64,000 nt of DNA, from the NCBI GenBank assembly GCA_004431415.1, contig QPMI01000078.1, forward strand, positions 1-64,000, written 5' to 3'. The translations under genes and the position numbers were made by a program. The notes under the pieces are model-generated. The model had not been told where the DNA came from, did no database searches, and saw only the letters and a program-made list of their open reading frames with translations. The DNA is from Cyanophora paradoxa CCMP329 (lineage: Eukaryota; Plantae; Glaucophyta). Positions 44,604 through 58,000 of this stretch are shown here, in pieces; position 1 is the stretch's first letter, and each line of letters starts with the position of its first letter.

Positions 44604-46437
44604 CTAGAGGAGGGTGCGGAGGAAGAGGGGGCGCAGCGCTAGCTCGCCAGCAGCCGCCGCACCGGCCGCGTCCAGCGCCGCCAGGCACTCCTGCACCCCG
44701 CGCGCCCCTCAGCGATCCCACATACTGGATGAAGGGGCAAGGGGTACGGGCGCACGCGGGCGGCGCGGTATCGGAACAGGGCGCGGTCGAGGGTGCCCCG
44801 GGCCGCCCCCCCCTCCCCCTCCCCTCCCCCTCCCCCTCCCCCTCCTCCCCCTCGTGGATCTCGAGGGCGCGGAGGAGGCGCGGGAAGGCCCGCGCGGCCT
44901 CCACCAGCGCGGGGAGCCGCGGGTCCACGAACCTGGCGCCCCAGCCCGGTCCGGCGCTCAGAGGACTCGAGGGGGGGGGGGGGAGGAGGGGGGCGGGGGG
45001 GAGGGGGGGTACCTGGAGCCGCGGAAGCGGTCGGGGAGGCGCAGGACGACGCGGACCCCCTCCGGGAGGCGTTCGAGCTCCCCCGGCAGGCGGTCAAGGT
45101 CTGGCGCGGGGCGGGGCGGGCGAGGCGGGCTTGAGAGGGCTTGGGCGGGTGGGTGGGGAGGGCTGGGGCGGGAGGGGGCGGGCACCGGGGAGGGGCGGGG
45201 CGGGGCGGGGCGGGCGGGCCACTCGAGCTCGGGGCCGCTCAGGTCGACCTCGAGCTCCTCCAGTGTCGCCGCGTGCGCCCGCCTGCGTTGGCGTCGGCGC
45301 CGGCACGGCAGAGGGGGCTGAAAGGCCGGGGGGGGAGGGGGGGAGGGGCGGGGCGGATGGTGGAGCCAGCGCATGGCGGCGGGGGGCAGGCCCCCCGCCG
45401 CGGCCCGGGGGCCCCGGCCCCGCACCCGGATCGAGACCCTGCGGGACGCTCGGTGGGGGTACACCGCGAACCGGCGCCCGAGACGGCGCACCGGTTGACG
45501 CCAGCAAAGGCGGCGAGGGGCCAGGCGGCCTCGTCGGCGGGGAGGAGGCAGTCCTCGAGCAGGAGGGCGGCGGGGCGGGCGGAGGGGAGGGGCGGGGGGC
45601 GGAGGAGGGCGGCGGCGGCGGCGAGGGCGCCGGGCGCTGCGAGGTCGAAGCCGACGAGGTGGAGGCGGCGGCAGGCGACGCCGGCGTCGGCGAAGGCCCG
45701 GAGCGCGGCCTCCCCCTGGCCCCTGCAGCCCCGCCGCCTCGCGAACCGCAGGCCCTCCACCTGCGAGCGATTGAGATGGGTTCACAAAGGGAAGGGCGGG
45801 TGGGCGGGCGGGCGGGCCTCGCGGAGGGCGGGGAAGGCGCGGCGGAGGGCTTTCAGGGTGGAGGGCCCGCCTTCCACGCGGAGGGCCGCCCCCGCCCGCC
45901 CCACGGCCTCCGCCACGGCAGCAGCGGCTGCGCATGCGGGGATGAAGTGAGGCAGAGGGGAGAAGAGTGAGGGGCGGGGGGGCGGACGCGGGGCCGGCGG
46001 GAGGGCGAGGGTCTCGCCGGCGAAGGAGGTGAGGTAGATCTCGCGGAGGCCCTCGCAGGCGGCGCCGCGGGCGTCGGGCAGGCCGCCCAGCGCCTGGGCG
46101 AGCGCGGCGGGCGAGGCGGCGGCGGCGGCGGCCGGCAGCACGAGCTCCAGGCGCTCGAGGGTCGGCGGGAGGCGGCCCAGGGCCTCCCCCAGGGACGAGA
46201 ACTCGGGGCCCGAGGAGAAGAAGACCTCGACGCGCGCCGCCCGCGGCCGGTCGGCGGCGGAGGCCGCGAGGAGCGCCGCGGCGGCCTCGGCGGAGAGCGG
46301 GCCGCGGGCCCCCGGGTCGGCGCAGAGGGCGCGGCCGAGGGCAGCCGCCTCAAGAGCGGCCTCCGGGTCGGTGCGGGCGAGGGCGCGCTCCAGCGCCTGC
46401 GCGAGGGCGGCGTCCCCGCGAGGGCTGCTGCGGCCAT
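44604..46437 (-). pseudogene. 5'-truncated paralogue of the F-box gene at 48354-50656
   Basis: High identity from AALAQALERALAR onward, introns included. The F-box-encoding 5' part is absent. Confidence 0.75.
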
Positions 46438-47015
46438 GGACGCAGTCAACGACGCGCGAAGTAGCTGCTGCTAGCAAGCTAGCTACAGAAGCCTAAATCT
46501 GCCAAAATGAGATCAGATGGTGTTTCGGGCTCATCGTTGTGATGCATTTTCGCAGAGATGCACTTTAACTGAAGCTCAGCCCGAGCTGGTGCTCGCTGTG
46601 CGCGGGGGCTGGCGTGCAGCTCAGGACGCTTGCTGCCCTGACGCAGGGGCGATCCGGGATCCCGACGGGCAAATGCAGATCTGAAGTCGTCTAGATCTGC
46701 AACTGCCATGTCTAAGGTCGCATATTCTTCCGCTGCGACTACCGATGTAGCTGCTAGCGCCTCCGGATGCGCTGATCAGGAGGTACACCGTGGGGTGCGC
46801 CGGACCGCCTCGAGCGCGCCGCGATGCGTCGGGGTTGGGGTCCACCAACGCAAGCGCCTCGGGTACACTGCTCGACGCCCACGCCAACTACCAACAAACG
46901 CGCGCGCCGCCCTGCCGTCTTCAGCCCCAATCATGTCCAGAACAGCCACAAACTTTGTGCGACTCCGCTTGGCTGCGCAACTTGCGGTTGTGATCATACT
47001 CGTCTCCGTGCACAG

Positions 47016-47507
47016 GATGACTTGGAAAAGTTCGCGAATCGAATCGAACGCAGGCCGCTTCAGAGAAGCGTCTGAAGGTGCGAGGGAACGGCGCTGAAGC
47101 GGCTTTCCTCTTGCGAGACGCGCACGCACGCAGGCAGACCTGGCGGCCTCCGAGAAGCGCCTCAAGGTGCGAGGGAACGGCGCTGAAGCGGCTTTCCTCT
47201 TGCGAGACGCGCACGCACGCAGGCAGACCTGGCGGCCTCCGAGAAGCGCCTCAAGGTGCGAGGGAACGGCGCTAGCGCTGAAGTGGCTTTCCTCTTGCGA
47301 GACGCGCACGCAGGAGGGATTCAAGGCAGACCTGGCCGCATCCGAAAAGCGTGTGAAGGTGCGAGTGAACGCAGCTTTAGGGGCTTTCGTCTAGACATGG
47401 CAAGACGTGCACACAGGAGGGATTCAAAGCAGACCTAGCCGCTCTTGCGAAGCAGCTACTGAACAAGGTCGATGACACGAAAGCCGTGTTCATGGTGCGC
47501 CTGATCT
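47016..47507 (+). CDS. Coiled-coil protein segment built from tandem exon-intron units (ADLAASEKRLK repeats); 5' exons uncertain
   Basis: 33-bp exons at 47134-47166 and 47223-47255 are separated by phase-0 GTGCGAG...CAG introns, with 89-bp periodicity. Confidence 0.55.
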
Positions 47508-48353
47508 GATGCGTTCATCATTCACTGCTAAGCCCGCTCGCAGAAGGAAGTGGCGCGCTTCGATCGCAAACTGTTCCACGCTCGCGATTGCAAGTCTGAG
47601 TAGGGTTGTTGGAGGTTGAGTCAACCTGGTTCGCATGCACAATTGTTGAACTTTCGTTTTCTAATCACCCTGCTGGCAGCGCGCTTTTGCAGCACTGATC
47701 GATGGAGCAGCACTTCCTTTGCAGCACTGGCCTGCCCTCTTTGCCGGGCGCCTTGACCGCCCTCCTCTTTGTCCCTCCCCATTCCCGTGAATGGCCACGA
47801 ACCCGCCTAACCAGTAGTCCCTCTTCTCCCCCTGCCGCTACAACATTGCGGGCCTTGGCCCAACTGTGCGCGCCCCCCGCCTAGTCCCCCTCCCCCTCCA
47901 TCTCCCTCTATCTCCCCCTTCATCTTCTGCTTTGGCCTTCGGGTTAGGGTCACTCACTGCACCAGTTTGGGTTAGTTAATGGGCGTAGTATACCAGTTTG
48001 GGTTAGTTAATGGGCGTAGTATAGTTTAGAAAAACACATGTACTACGGTAGGTATACACACAAGAAAAACCAATTCCGAGATCGGTGAACCCTGTTCAAA
48101 GAGATCAGAAACTGAGAGAAATGCAGTACTTGTTAGCTTTAATTATAATGACCACTACATTATGAAATAACAACAGAGGGCTAGAGGAGGTCCTCTCCAC
48201 CCGGCCCCATAGGCTGCGCCAAGTCCTGACTGCGTGTTTATCTTCCCTGGGGGGCCCTTGCACAGTCACAGAGTCACTGAGTCGCACAGCCGTGCCAGAG
48301 AGCGGATGGGGTGGGCAGAAATCAGAGATGGGGGAGGGGGGGACGGGAGCCGG

Positions 48354-50656
48354 CTAGAGCAGGGTGCGGAGGAAGAGGGCGCGCAGCTCGCAAGCGGTCG
48401 CCGCGCCGGCCGCGGCCGCGTCCAACGCCGCCAGGCACGCCTGCGCCCCGCCCGCGCCGCCCCTCAGCGAAGCCACAGACCGAATGAAGGAGCGGAAGAA
48501 GGGGGGTACGGGCGCACGCGGGCGGCGCGGTATCGGAACAGGGCGCGGTCGAGGGTGCCGCAGGCCGCCCCCCCCTCCCCCCCCTCCCGCTCCCCCTCCC
48601 CCCCCCCCTCGGGGATCGCGAGGGCGCGGAGGAGGCGCGGGGAGGCCCGCGCGGCCTCCACCAGCGCCGGCAGCCGCGCGTCCACGAACCTGGCGCCCCG
48701 CCCCGGCCCGGCGCTCAGGGGACTCGGGGAGGGGGGGGGAGCGGGGGGGGGAATGGGGGGGTACCTGGAGCCGCGGAAGCGGGCGGGGAGGCGCAGGACG
48801 ACGCGGACCCCCTCCGGGAGGCGTTCGAGCTCCCCCGGCAGGCGATCCAGGTCTGGCGCGGGGCGGGGCGGGCGGGGCGGGCTTGAGAGGGCTTGGGCGG
48901 GTGGGTGGGGAGGGCGGGGCAGGGCGGGGGCGGGGACCGGGGAGGGGCGGGGGCGGGGCGGGGCGGGCGGGCCACGTGAGCTCGGGGCCGCTCAGGTCGA
49001 CCTCGAGCTCCCCCAGCGTCCCCGCGTGCGCCCCGCCTGCGTTTGCCTCAGCGGGGGACTACCATGGGGGTTTCGGGGGCGGGGGGGAGGAGGGGCGGAC
49101 GGTGGAGCCAGCGCATGGCGGCGAGGGGCAGGCCCCCCGCCGCGGCCCGGGGGCCCCGGCCCCGCACCCGGATCGAGACCCTGCGGGACGCTCGGCGGGG
49201 GTACACCGCGAACCGGCGCTCGAGACGGCGCACCTGTTGACGCCGGCGAAGGCGGCGAGAGGCCAGGCGGCCTCGTCGGCGGGCAGGAGGCAGTCCTCGA
49301 GAAGGAGGGCGGCGGGGCGGGCGGAGGGGAGGGGCGGGGGGCGGAGGAGGGCGGCGGCGGCGGCGAGGGCGCCGGGCGCTGCGAGGTCGAAGCCGACGAG
49401 GTGGAGGCGGCGGCAGGCGACGCCGGCGTCGGCGAAGGCCCGGAGCGCGGCCTCCCCTGGCCCCTGCAGCCCCGCCGCCTCGCGAACCGCAGGCCCTCCA
49501 CCTGCGAGCGATTGAGATGGGTTCACAAAGGGAAGGGCGGGTGGGCGGGCGGGCGGGCCTCGCGGAGGGCGGGGAAGGCGCGGCGGAGGGCTTTCAGGGT
49601 GGAGGGCCCGCCTTCCACGCGGAGGGCCGCCCCCGCCCGCCCCACGGCCCTCCGCCACGGCAGCAGCGGCTGCGCATGCGGGGATGAAGTGAGGCAGAGG
49701 GGAGAAGAGTGAGGGGCGGGGGGGGCGGACGCGGGGGCCGGCGGGGAGGGCGAGGGTCTCGCCGGCGAAGGAGGTGAGGTAGATCTCGCGGAGGCCCTCG
49801 CAGGCGGCGCCGCGGGCGTCGGGCAGGCCGCCCAGCGCCTGGGCGAGCGCGGCGGGCGAGGCGGCGGCGGCGGCGGCCGGCAGCACGAGCTCCAGGCGCT
49901 CGAGGGTCGGCGGGAGGCGGCCCAGGGCCTCCCCCAGGGACGAGAACTCGGGGCCCGAGGAGAAGAAGACCTCGACGCGCGCCGCCCGCGGCCGGTCGGC
50001 GGCGGAGGCCGCGAGGAGCGCCGCGGCGGCCTCAACGGAGAGCGGGCCGCGGTTCGCGGGGTCGGCGCAGAGGGCGCGGCCGAGGGCAGCCGCCTCAGCT
50101 GCGGCCTCCGGGTCGGAGCGGGCGAGGGCGCGCTCCAGCGCCTGCGCGAGGGCGGCGCGGGGGTCCCCCTTCGGCACGTCCGCCGCCACGCTGCGATCCC
50201 GGATCGATCGAACGTCGGCCTGGAGCTCGAGCTCGAGGGGGCGGGGCGCGCGCACGCGAACTCGAGGGGGGCGGGCCCCTCGAAGAAGGCGCGGCGCCAG
50301 GCGCGGGAGACGGTCCCCGCGCGGCGGCGGTCGTCGGAGAGGAGGAAGGAGAGCGTGTGCGCCAGCAGCTCGCTCGGAAGCGCCTCCGGCCCGCACCCGC
50401 GCTCCGGCTCGTCAAGATCGTGCTCGTCGTCGGAAACGTCTCCGGCGGCCGGCTCGGCGGCGGCGCGATGGACGGTAGTGGGGAGCGGCTGCTCCTCTGT
50501 CGGCTTCGCGGGCTTGGCCTCTGTCGGGTTCGGGATGTCCGCGCCCGGGGGCGCGGCGCCCACGCTAGCACGCGCGCCGGCCCCCGAAGCCGGCTGCGGC
50601 GCGCGGTTCCACGTGAAGGCGCATTGGTACGTCCGCGCGAGGGCCGCTGCCGCCAT
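48354..50656 (-). CDS. F-box protein with degenerate LRR-like C-terminus, multi-exon
   Basis: F-box EALPSELLAHTLSFLLSDDRRRAGTVSRAWRR; downstream LPPTLERLELVL, LREIYL, LRRLHL and LEELEVDL segments. Confidence 0.75.
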
Positions 50657-51194
50657 GGACGCAGCGATCGGGCGGCCCGCCGCCTCGCGTCAAAGGACAA
50701 TCGCTGTCGGTCGCGCCTGGCGGGCGCTGAAGTTCGGGCGTCGCCGGTGTCGTAAAAACTGACATCTCGAGCCTGCGAGGCGCAAGGCCGCGGCCCGTAT
50801 GACTCTGAGCGAGGCCGTGTGAAATCGAATTCGGGAGGGGTCGAGCCGCGACGGGGTATCGTTTCTCGACAAGGGCACCGCGAGCCTCGTCGCACCGGTG
50901 CGCGGCGAGGCGGCAGCGATCGATAAACGAGTCATTCTCAGCATTCCGCACCAGGTCTCGAGGTCACCGGCGGCCCAAGTCACCAGGTTCCGACCGAGGT
51001 TTCGGCCGAGGCTCGGCGAGGACCGGCCTCGCGGCCCCGAAAACATTCTCACGTGCAATGCCAGCATCGGTACGCACATTTGGCGTTGTCCGAGCGTACG
51101 GGGCACGATGGATCGGTTAGCGGCCACGTTCGCCTGGCGGGCGAACTCGGCCCGCGTGCTCCGGCGCCATTTCTTTGTTTTCTTTCGACTTACA

Positions 51195-51924
51195 TCAGTG
51201 CTTACGTCGCAGGCGAGCAACCCGTCGCGCTCGCGCAGCGCGCCGGGGACGCCGGCGGCCGCGGCCGCGGCCGGCGCCTCCTCGAGCTCGGCTCGTTGCG
51301 CCACCCCGCCCTCGGTCGTGAGCAGCGTGCCTTCGACTCCGGGCTCTCGCACCGGTTCGTGTCGGTTCAAATTCAAGAGCTTTTGCGAATCGTAACCCGC
51401 CCCGTCGCAGTAAAGCTTTATGGGATGGAGGTCGTCCCCCAATACAGGCGAGACGTAGACGACGCGTCGGCCGCCAGCAGCGTACCCTCGACTCCTCTGC
51501 GGGCAGCCTCACCTTCTCTGGCCGGCACCGCCCGGCCCTCCACGCCGGGCTCCGCTCGCGGTTCGCGCGATCAGATCTAGACTGCAGCTGGCCATGCACG
51601 TGGGCCGGCCAGGGGCGGAAAAATCGTTTTAATCTTCTCACAGGGACGTTCCGGATGAACGGGAGGGAGGTGCCCGTGCAGTACAGCGGCGGGGCATCTT
51701 CGCCGGCGCTGTCGGCGGCGGGCAGCGTCGCGAACGGCGGGACCGCCCCCGCCACGCCGGCGCCGAGCGCGACGACGCTCGCCACGGCCGCTACGGTGCG
51801 GTACAACCGCAGCGAGGGGGACCCTTCCTCCGCCCCCGCCACGCCGGCGGCGGCTACGGCTGCTCGAGCCCCCGCGCCCAACGTCGGCGCCGGCGTAGGT
51901 CCGCGCCTTCGCGCAGTAGTACAT
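51195..51924 (-). CDS. Possible multi-exon hypothetical gene divergent from the RdRP
   Basis: Protein-like segments PPLYCTGTSLPFIRNVP and PIKLYCDGAGYDSQKLL, with a hydrophobic stretch. Structure unresolved. Confidence 0.3.
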
Positions 51925-52061
51925 GCGCGCCGCCAGCTGACTGCGGGGCGGCGCGGGCCGGGTGATATCCAGGTCTAGAGCCCGGGAGGCGGGACCCGCA
52001 CGCGGAGTCCGTCGCCGCCGCCTCGGGGGCGTGCAGCCCCGGGGGCTCGAGCGTGCAGGCC

Positions 52062-55000
52062 ATGGCCATGGGCGGCCTGCACGGGCGGGGCGCGGGGCCC
52101 GACCCCCGCGACCTCGGCGAGCGCCTCCGGCAGGTCCAGCTGCACGCCTCGCCGGCCCCGCCCCTGGCCCCCTCGCCGGCCCGCACGGCCGCCTCCTCGC
52201 CGCCCGGCGCCGCCACCCCGGCCTCCGTCCGCCGCGCCCTCGCGTTCCCCTCCGAACAGAGGCCGGCGGCCGCTGCCACGGGGGCCGATGCGTACGGTCC
52301 GCCGCCGCGGCCCAGTCAGCCCTTCTACCCGCCCGCGCCCCCGCCGGAGCTCGCGCCCCGCGCCCCGCTCGCCCTCCCTCCGGCCCCGCGGAGCTCCAGG
52401 CCGCGGGGCCCCTCCCACCGCCCCCGCCCACAGCGCCGGCGCCTGCGCCTGCGGTCGCCGTCGCCGCCGCCCCGCGGCAGTCGGCAGCGCCGGCGGCGGA
52501 GCACGCGGTCTTCGCGCCCCGCGGGGCGGACCGCCCCGCCATCGACCCCAAGGCGCGCCAGCTCCCGGCCATTCCCGGCCCGGGGCACCCCTCAGAGAGA
52601 GCCGAGGTGACCCTGTTCTGCTCGCCCGCAGAGGCTCGGGAAGGCGGAGCTGCTGGACACGATGCACACCGTCCACCTCGACCCCCGCACCGTCCGCCCC
52701 GCCCCGCCCCGCCCCGCCCCGCCCCGCCCCGCTGCCTGTGCCTGAGCGGCGGGGACCGGGCCGGGGCGGCATGTGCAGGGCCGCGCCTTGCCCTACGAGG
52801 CGCGGGAGCAGGTGCGGTTCCGGGCCGCCTGGGAGCTCCCTCTCCTCCAGGTCCGCTCGCGCTCTCGATTCTGACGTTCTTGCTCTAGATCTCTCTGATC
52901 ATGACCGCGGGGCAGGGCCGCCTGGTGCACGTGTTGGCGCCCATCGACCTCGCGGCGGGGACGGAGGGCCGGAAGGCGAGCCGGGCGGCCTTCGAGCGGG
53001 CGCGGGACGGCGGCCTTGACGTCCCCGGCCTCGGCCGCCTCGCGTTTCTCCTCCAGACCGACGGCCAGGCGCGCCCCTTTCTTCTTTGTCCCTTTCTTTC
53101 TTGTTTGCTTCTCTCTTCTTCCTTTTCTTCTTCTTTCTGAGGGCGGGGCGGGGCGGCAGATGCACGAGAAGAACCGGTTCGAAGGGACGTTCGTGCTGGA
53201 TGAGCCGGAGGCCGGGGCGGGGGCGGGGCGGGGCCGGCGCCTGGCCCCCGAGGACGTCCTCGGCATGGTCTACTCCCTGGTGCGCTCCAGCTCCCTTCAG
53301 CTTCAGCTTTCGCTACAGCCCGCGCTCCTGCTCCCCCCTGCCTCGTGATCGCTCCGCGCCGCGGTTGACGCGCGCGGGCTGCCATGCATATGCCAGGCGG
53401 ACTTTGAGGGGGTGGAGGAGGTGAAGCGCAACGCCCGCGTCGGCTCCCTCTTCTCCAAATGCCTCCCCGTCGCCACGGTACCGTGCCCTCCCAAATTCAT
53501 TCAGCTCGGCCCCTGCAGCTCGACTCTAAACCGGCGCTGCGGAGGTTGAGGAGGGGCGGGTGCGGGTGGAGGAGGACATCAAGGCGCCGGGGAGCGGCGC
53601 GGTGATGACGGACGGCTGCGGCCTCATCTCCCCGCGCCTCTTCGACGCCGTCCGCCGCCGTGCGCGCGCGCCCGGCCCGGACCCCCAAGTCGAGCCCCGC
53701 CTCGACCCCTGCTCCGCGCGCCTCTGACGGATCGACCGACCGACCGGCCGGCCCCGCTTCGAACTCGAAGAGCTGGAGCGCTTCGGGGTCCGCGAGCACG
53801 GCAGGGGCGAGTGCCGTACCTACCTGCAGGCACGCCCGCCGCCCCGGCCCCACTCGCTATCGCTGCACGTTATCTGCCTCGCCTCAGGGCCTCATCGCCC
53901 CGTGCGCAGATCCGGCTCGGGGGCGTGAAGGGGATGGTGGTGCGGGCCGAGGGACTACCCGAGGGCGTCGACCTCGTCGTCCGCCCCTCCATGATCAAGT
54001 ACTCCCGTGCGCCCGCGCCGCAGCTTGGTCCGCCTCGCACCCCCGCCCCGCCCCTCACCGCCGGCCCTTTTGCGCAGGCTCGGTGGAGCGGACTCTGTAC
54101 GTCGTGGCCTTCGACCACGTGCCGCGCGAGGGCCGCGTCAACGGCCAGGCGATCGCCTGCCTCGAGGCCGCCGGCGTCCGCGCGCCCCCGCCACTCCCGC
54201 CTATGCCTTCGCTGATGCGCGGCACAGGTGCCGCGCCACTACTTCCTCGAGGCGCAGCGGGAGGCGGCGGACGGGGCGGCCGACGCGCTCGCCTCGCGCC
54301 GCGCGGCGGGCGAGTTCCTCCGCCGCGGCGCGGCCGGCGCCGCGGCGGAAGCGGCGGCTGGCGACCCGGCCCCACGGGAGATCGCCCTGCGCCTCCTGCG
54401 CATCCTCGAGGCGGGGTTCGACCCCTACGACCCGGCCTCCGGCAAGGGGGTCCGCACGCACGCGCGCGCGCGCGCGCGCACCTCCCCGCGCCCCTCCGAC
54501 AGCCTCGGGCAGGACCCGTACGTGCGGCGCATCCTCCTCCGGTTCATCGAGCCCTTCGTCCGCTCCCTCGAGAGGTGCCCGGCTCCCTCTAGATCTAGAG
54601 TCCTGGCCTGGCCGGCGCCTATCTGAGCGGGAGGGGCGGGTGGCAGCCGGGTGCCCCCGCGGGCCGGCGGCGCCTGCTTCTGGCTCAAAATGGTCCCCGA
54701 GTCCCTCGTCTCCCTCGTCTCCGCCGCGGGGCGCCCCAACCCCGCACCGGTACCCCGCCTCAAGCCAGGCCAGGTCCTCTTCCCTCCTTCCTTCCGCTCT
54801 AGATCTGCCCACGGCCCCACGTGCGCCACCGACCGCCGGGGGCGGCAGGTGTACGTGCGGCTGGGGGGCAAGGAGCCGCTGGTGGGCCCGCTGGCCCTCT
54901 GCCGGAACCCGATCTACGAGCGCGGCGCCGTACAGCTCGTCCACGCCGTCGACGTGCGCCCCCAGATTTAGATGGCTCTTAGACTTCTCAGCGCTTCGAT

Positions 55001-56860
55001 TTCCGAGCCTCCTGGCACTGTGCCATGCTTGTCTGTCTCTTAGATATCGATTTTCTCTCAAGCTTATCGGCGCTGCCTGTGCGGCAGGTGCCGGAGTGGA
55101 CGGCGGCGGGGCGGCACGGCAACGCCCTCGTCTGCAGCGTCCTCGGCGACGCGCCCCTCGCCTCCCTCCTCTCCGACGGCGGTCCGTCAGCCAAGCCGCT
55201 CCATATATACATAGCCCAGTTAACGCGGCGGGGGCAGACTACGACGGGGACGACGTGCTGGTGATCGACGACTCGGAGGTTGCGGGGGCCCTGCGCGCCG
55301 CCGGGCACGGCGCCCGCCCGCCCCTGCCCCCCATCGACCTCTCCCACGAGATCAAGGGTGCCCCGGTCCCGCCCCGCCCCGGCTTGGCGTAGGCCGCCCG
55401 CTGAAAAGGGTCTTTACGCGCGCGCGCAGTGGCGACAGATAAGACGCGGATGGCGCTGCGGGCTGCCAGGGGCCGCGCCGCCTTCCACCGGGCGGCCTGC
55501 GAGCTGTTCCTGGCGCACGACAAGGCCGGCGCCGGCCTCCTCGACTGGCGCCAGCGCGTGTGGGCCCGCACCAGCCCCGCCGGCGTCGCCGACGAGAAGG
55601 CCCGCGCGCGCCCCTGACGCCGCCCATTGTCGTGCACGTGGGCCGCTTGCTGATCATGAGGCGGTGCGGCAGGCGCGGGCGTGCGGGGCGCGGGCGATCG
55701 TGGCCATCAACGCCTCCAAGAGCGGCGCCTTCCTCGCTGTGCCCCGCTCCCTTGATGTGCTCACGCGGCCTTGAAGCTATAGCTACCCCCGATCGCCTCT
55801 AGATCTAGATCGAGATCTGACGTCTCGACCTCGCCCGCCCGCGCGCGCAGCCGCCCTTCGGGACCGCGTGCCCGCCCTCCGGCCTCGAGCTGGCGGCGCG
55901 GGAGCACCTCGCGCGCCTGCGCCTGCCCGCGGCCGCCGCGCAAGGCGGGGCGGCCGCGGGGCCCGGGGGCGGCTCAGGGTGGAGCTGGACGGGGACCTGA
56001 AGGAAGTCCCCGGCGCGGGGGGCTACCTCGCCTTTGCCGAGCGCCTCCGCGACCAGGCCCGCCCCGCCCCGCCCCGCCCCGCCCCGCCTCCCCGCCCGCC
56101 GGATGGATTGATTGCGGGGCCCGGCCTGACCGGGGCCGGGGCGGGGGCAGTACTCGAGGGATCTGGCCCGGCTGGTGCGCGAGGCGGAGGAGGCCGAGGA
56201 GGGGAAGGGCGAGGGGGAGGACTTCCGCGGTGCGCCTCTGGACATCTCTGGCGTCCGGGCGCGTGGCCTGAGACTTCGGGGCCCGGGGCGGCGCAGGCGT
56301 GGCGGTGCGGCGGGCGGAGGAGCGCGCGGCCTCGAAGGCGGCGGCGGCGCGGGCGCTGGCGGAGGAGTGCTGGGGCGAGTGCGTGGCGGAGGTGCGGCGG
56401 CAGCGGCCCGAGTTCGAGGGGGGGGACCTCGCGGCGCAGCCCGAGCACCCCGAGCTCCTCGGTGCGCCCCCGGCCCCGCCCCGCCCCCTTAGATGCGGCT
56501 TTCTCTCGCCCAGCCCTGGCCTGGCCTGGCCTAGGCCTGGCCTGGCCTAGGCTTGGCCCGGCTTTGCCTGCAGCTGACGCTCCCCCCTCGCGCTCGCCCT
56601 CAGCGGTGGCGGCGGCGCTGTACGTGGCGGCGTACGCGGCGGCGGAGACGGGGGACGGGGCGGCGGGCGGCGCCGGCCTCTCCCTCCCCTGGAACGTCGC
56701 CCCCCGCCAGCTCTGCGCCGCCAAGCGCGCCGCCCTCGCCCTCGCGACCGCCCCGATCGCGGGGCGGCCGCCCCGTCCCTGCGGCCGCCCTCGCCCCCGC
56801 GGCCGCGGCCCCCGCTGCCGCTGCAAGCCGGGGCAAGGCCCGCGCGAGCGCCGCCTAGGC
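52062..56860 (+). CDS. Eukaryotic RNA-dependent RNA polymerase (RNA silencing), ~20 exons
   Basis: KRNARVGSLFS, VMTDGCGLIS, QIRLGGVKGMV, VRPSMIKY, LCRNP and catalytic DYDGD (55238-55252), in canonical order. Confidence 0.92.
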
Positions 56861-58000
56861 CTTGGGATCCGGATCGGCTCCAGGCCGAGAGCCCTCGCTC
56901 GAGCTCGAGCCCGCGGCTCGGTGCCCCGCCAGAGGGCCCTCCTTTTGTCGTCTGCATGTGTACGTAGCTATATATAGAGTTTCCTTGTTTTGTCATTTTG
57001 CAGATACATTGAGTTTTTTGAAGGCTTTTCATGATCAAAGCCCATAGAACGGAGCCATGTGCATGTTTTTTGAAGATCTTTGGTCGGCCGCGGCGCCGGC
57101 GCCCGGCATACATACACACGTGCCCTGCCGCGATCGATCGCTTTCTTTAGTGATCATGATTGCTTTAGTGATGCTTTGATTTGTTTAGCGCGGAAGTGTA
57201 CATATTCTTTGATAAGGCTTACTGAGTCCTTGATGTCAGAGTTATTGATTCGGGGACAAGCCTCGAAGGGCACCCGAGCCTCAGAGACCTGCATGCCATG
57301 ATGCGCAGCTGAACAATGCATGGCCTTGCTAGTTTTAGTTTGTTCCCGGATTAAACAGGTTTCCGAAGTTCATCGAAATCATTGAATATTATACCGTAGC
57401 CTAGCTATAGTAGTCCCCCCGAGTCCTGGCCCAGTGGATTTCAGCTTTTAGTTTGGCTTTAGAGACATCGATCAGGCTTCGATCGATCATCGGATATCTT
57501 CGAAGCCCAGAGTCTAGACTGTGTGTGTATGTAGCCCTTCTGTGATAGAATTGATCGATCATGATTCATGACAGCCCCCCTGGCCCGGCGCCCGCGGCGC
57601 CGGCCGGCCGGGCCCCCGAGCTGATTAAACGTTAAAACGTTACCCAGTCTACAATTTCAACTTCAGCTTGCTGATCAAAAATTGTCACCCTACCAGGCTG
57701 AGCCTGGAGAGCCTCGAGAACAAAACACTGACAGCAGCTGCAGCCAACCAAGTCTGACGGCTAGTTAGCTATAGCTATAGCCTAGGCCACACTGCACTGA
57801 CATGTTGACACCGGAACACGCGCATTTTGACACTTAAGGAAACGTGCAAAGAAGCGCAGACAGTTGAAGAAGATCGACTTCTCACCGAGTTAAAAGAATT
57901 CGATTCGAAGCAAGAAATGAAATGCACGAGCGTTGGACGAAGGGGCCGCGAGAGCGGCGCGCGTAGCCTTGGGGAGCGAAGGAGGGAGCTCGGGCGACGA

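Noticed and set aside
47940-48024. Telomere-like GGGTTAG motifs (also ~33688 and ~34867)
   Set aside because: Only one or two isolated units, partly within a 31-bp local duplication; not an array.
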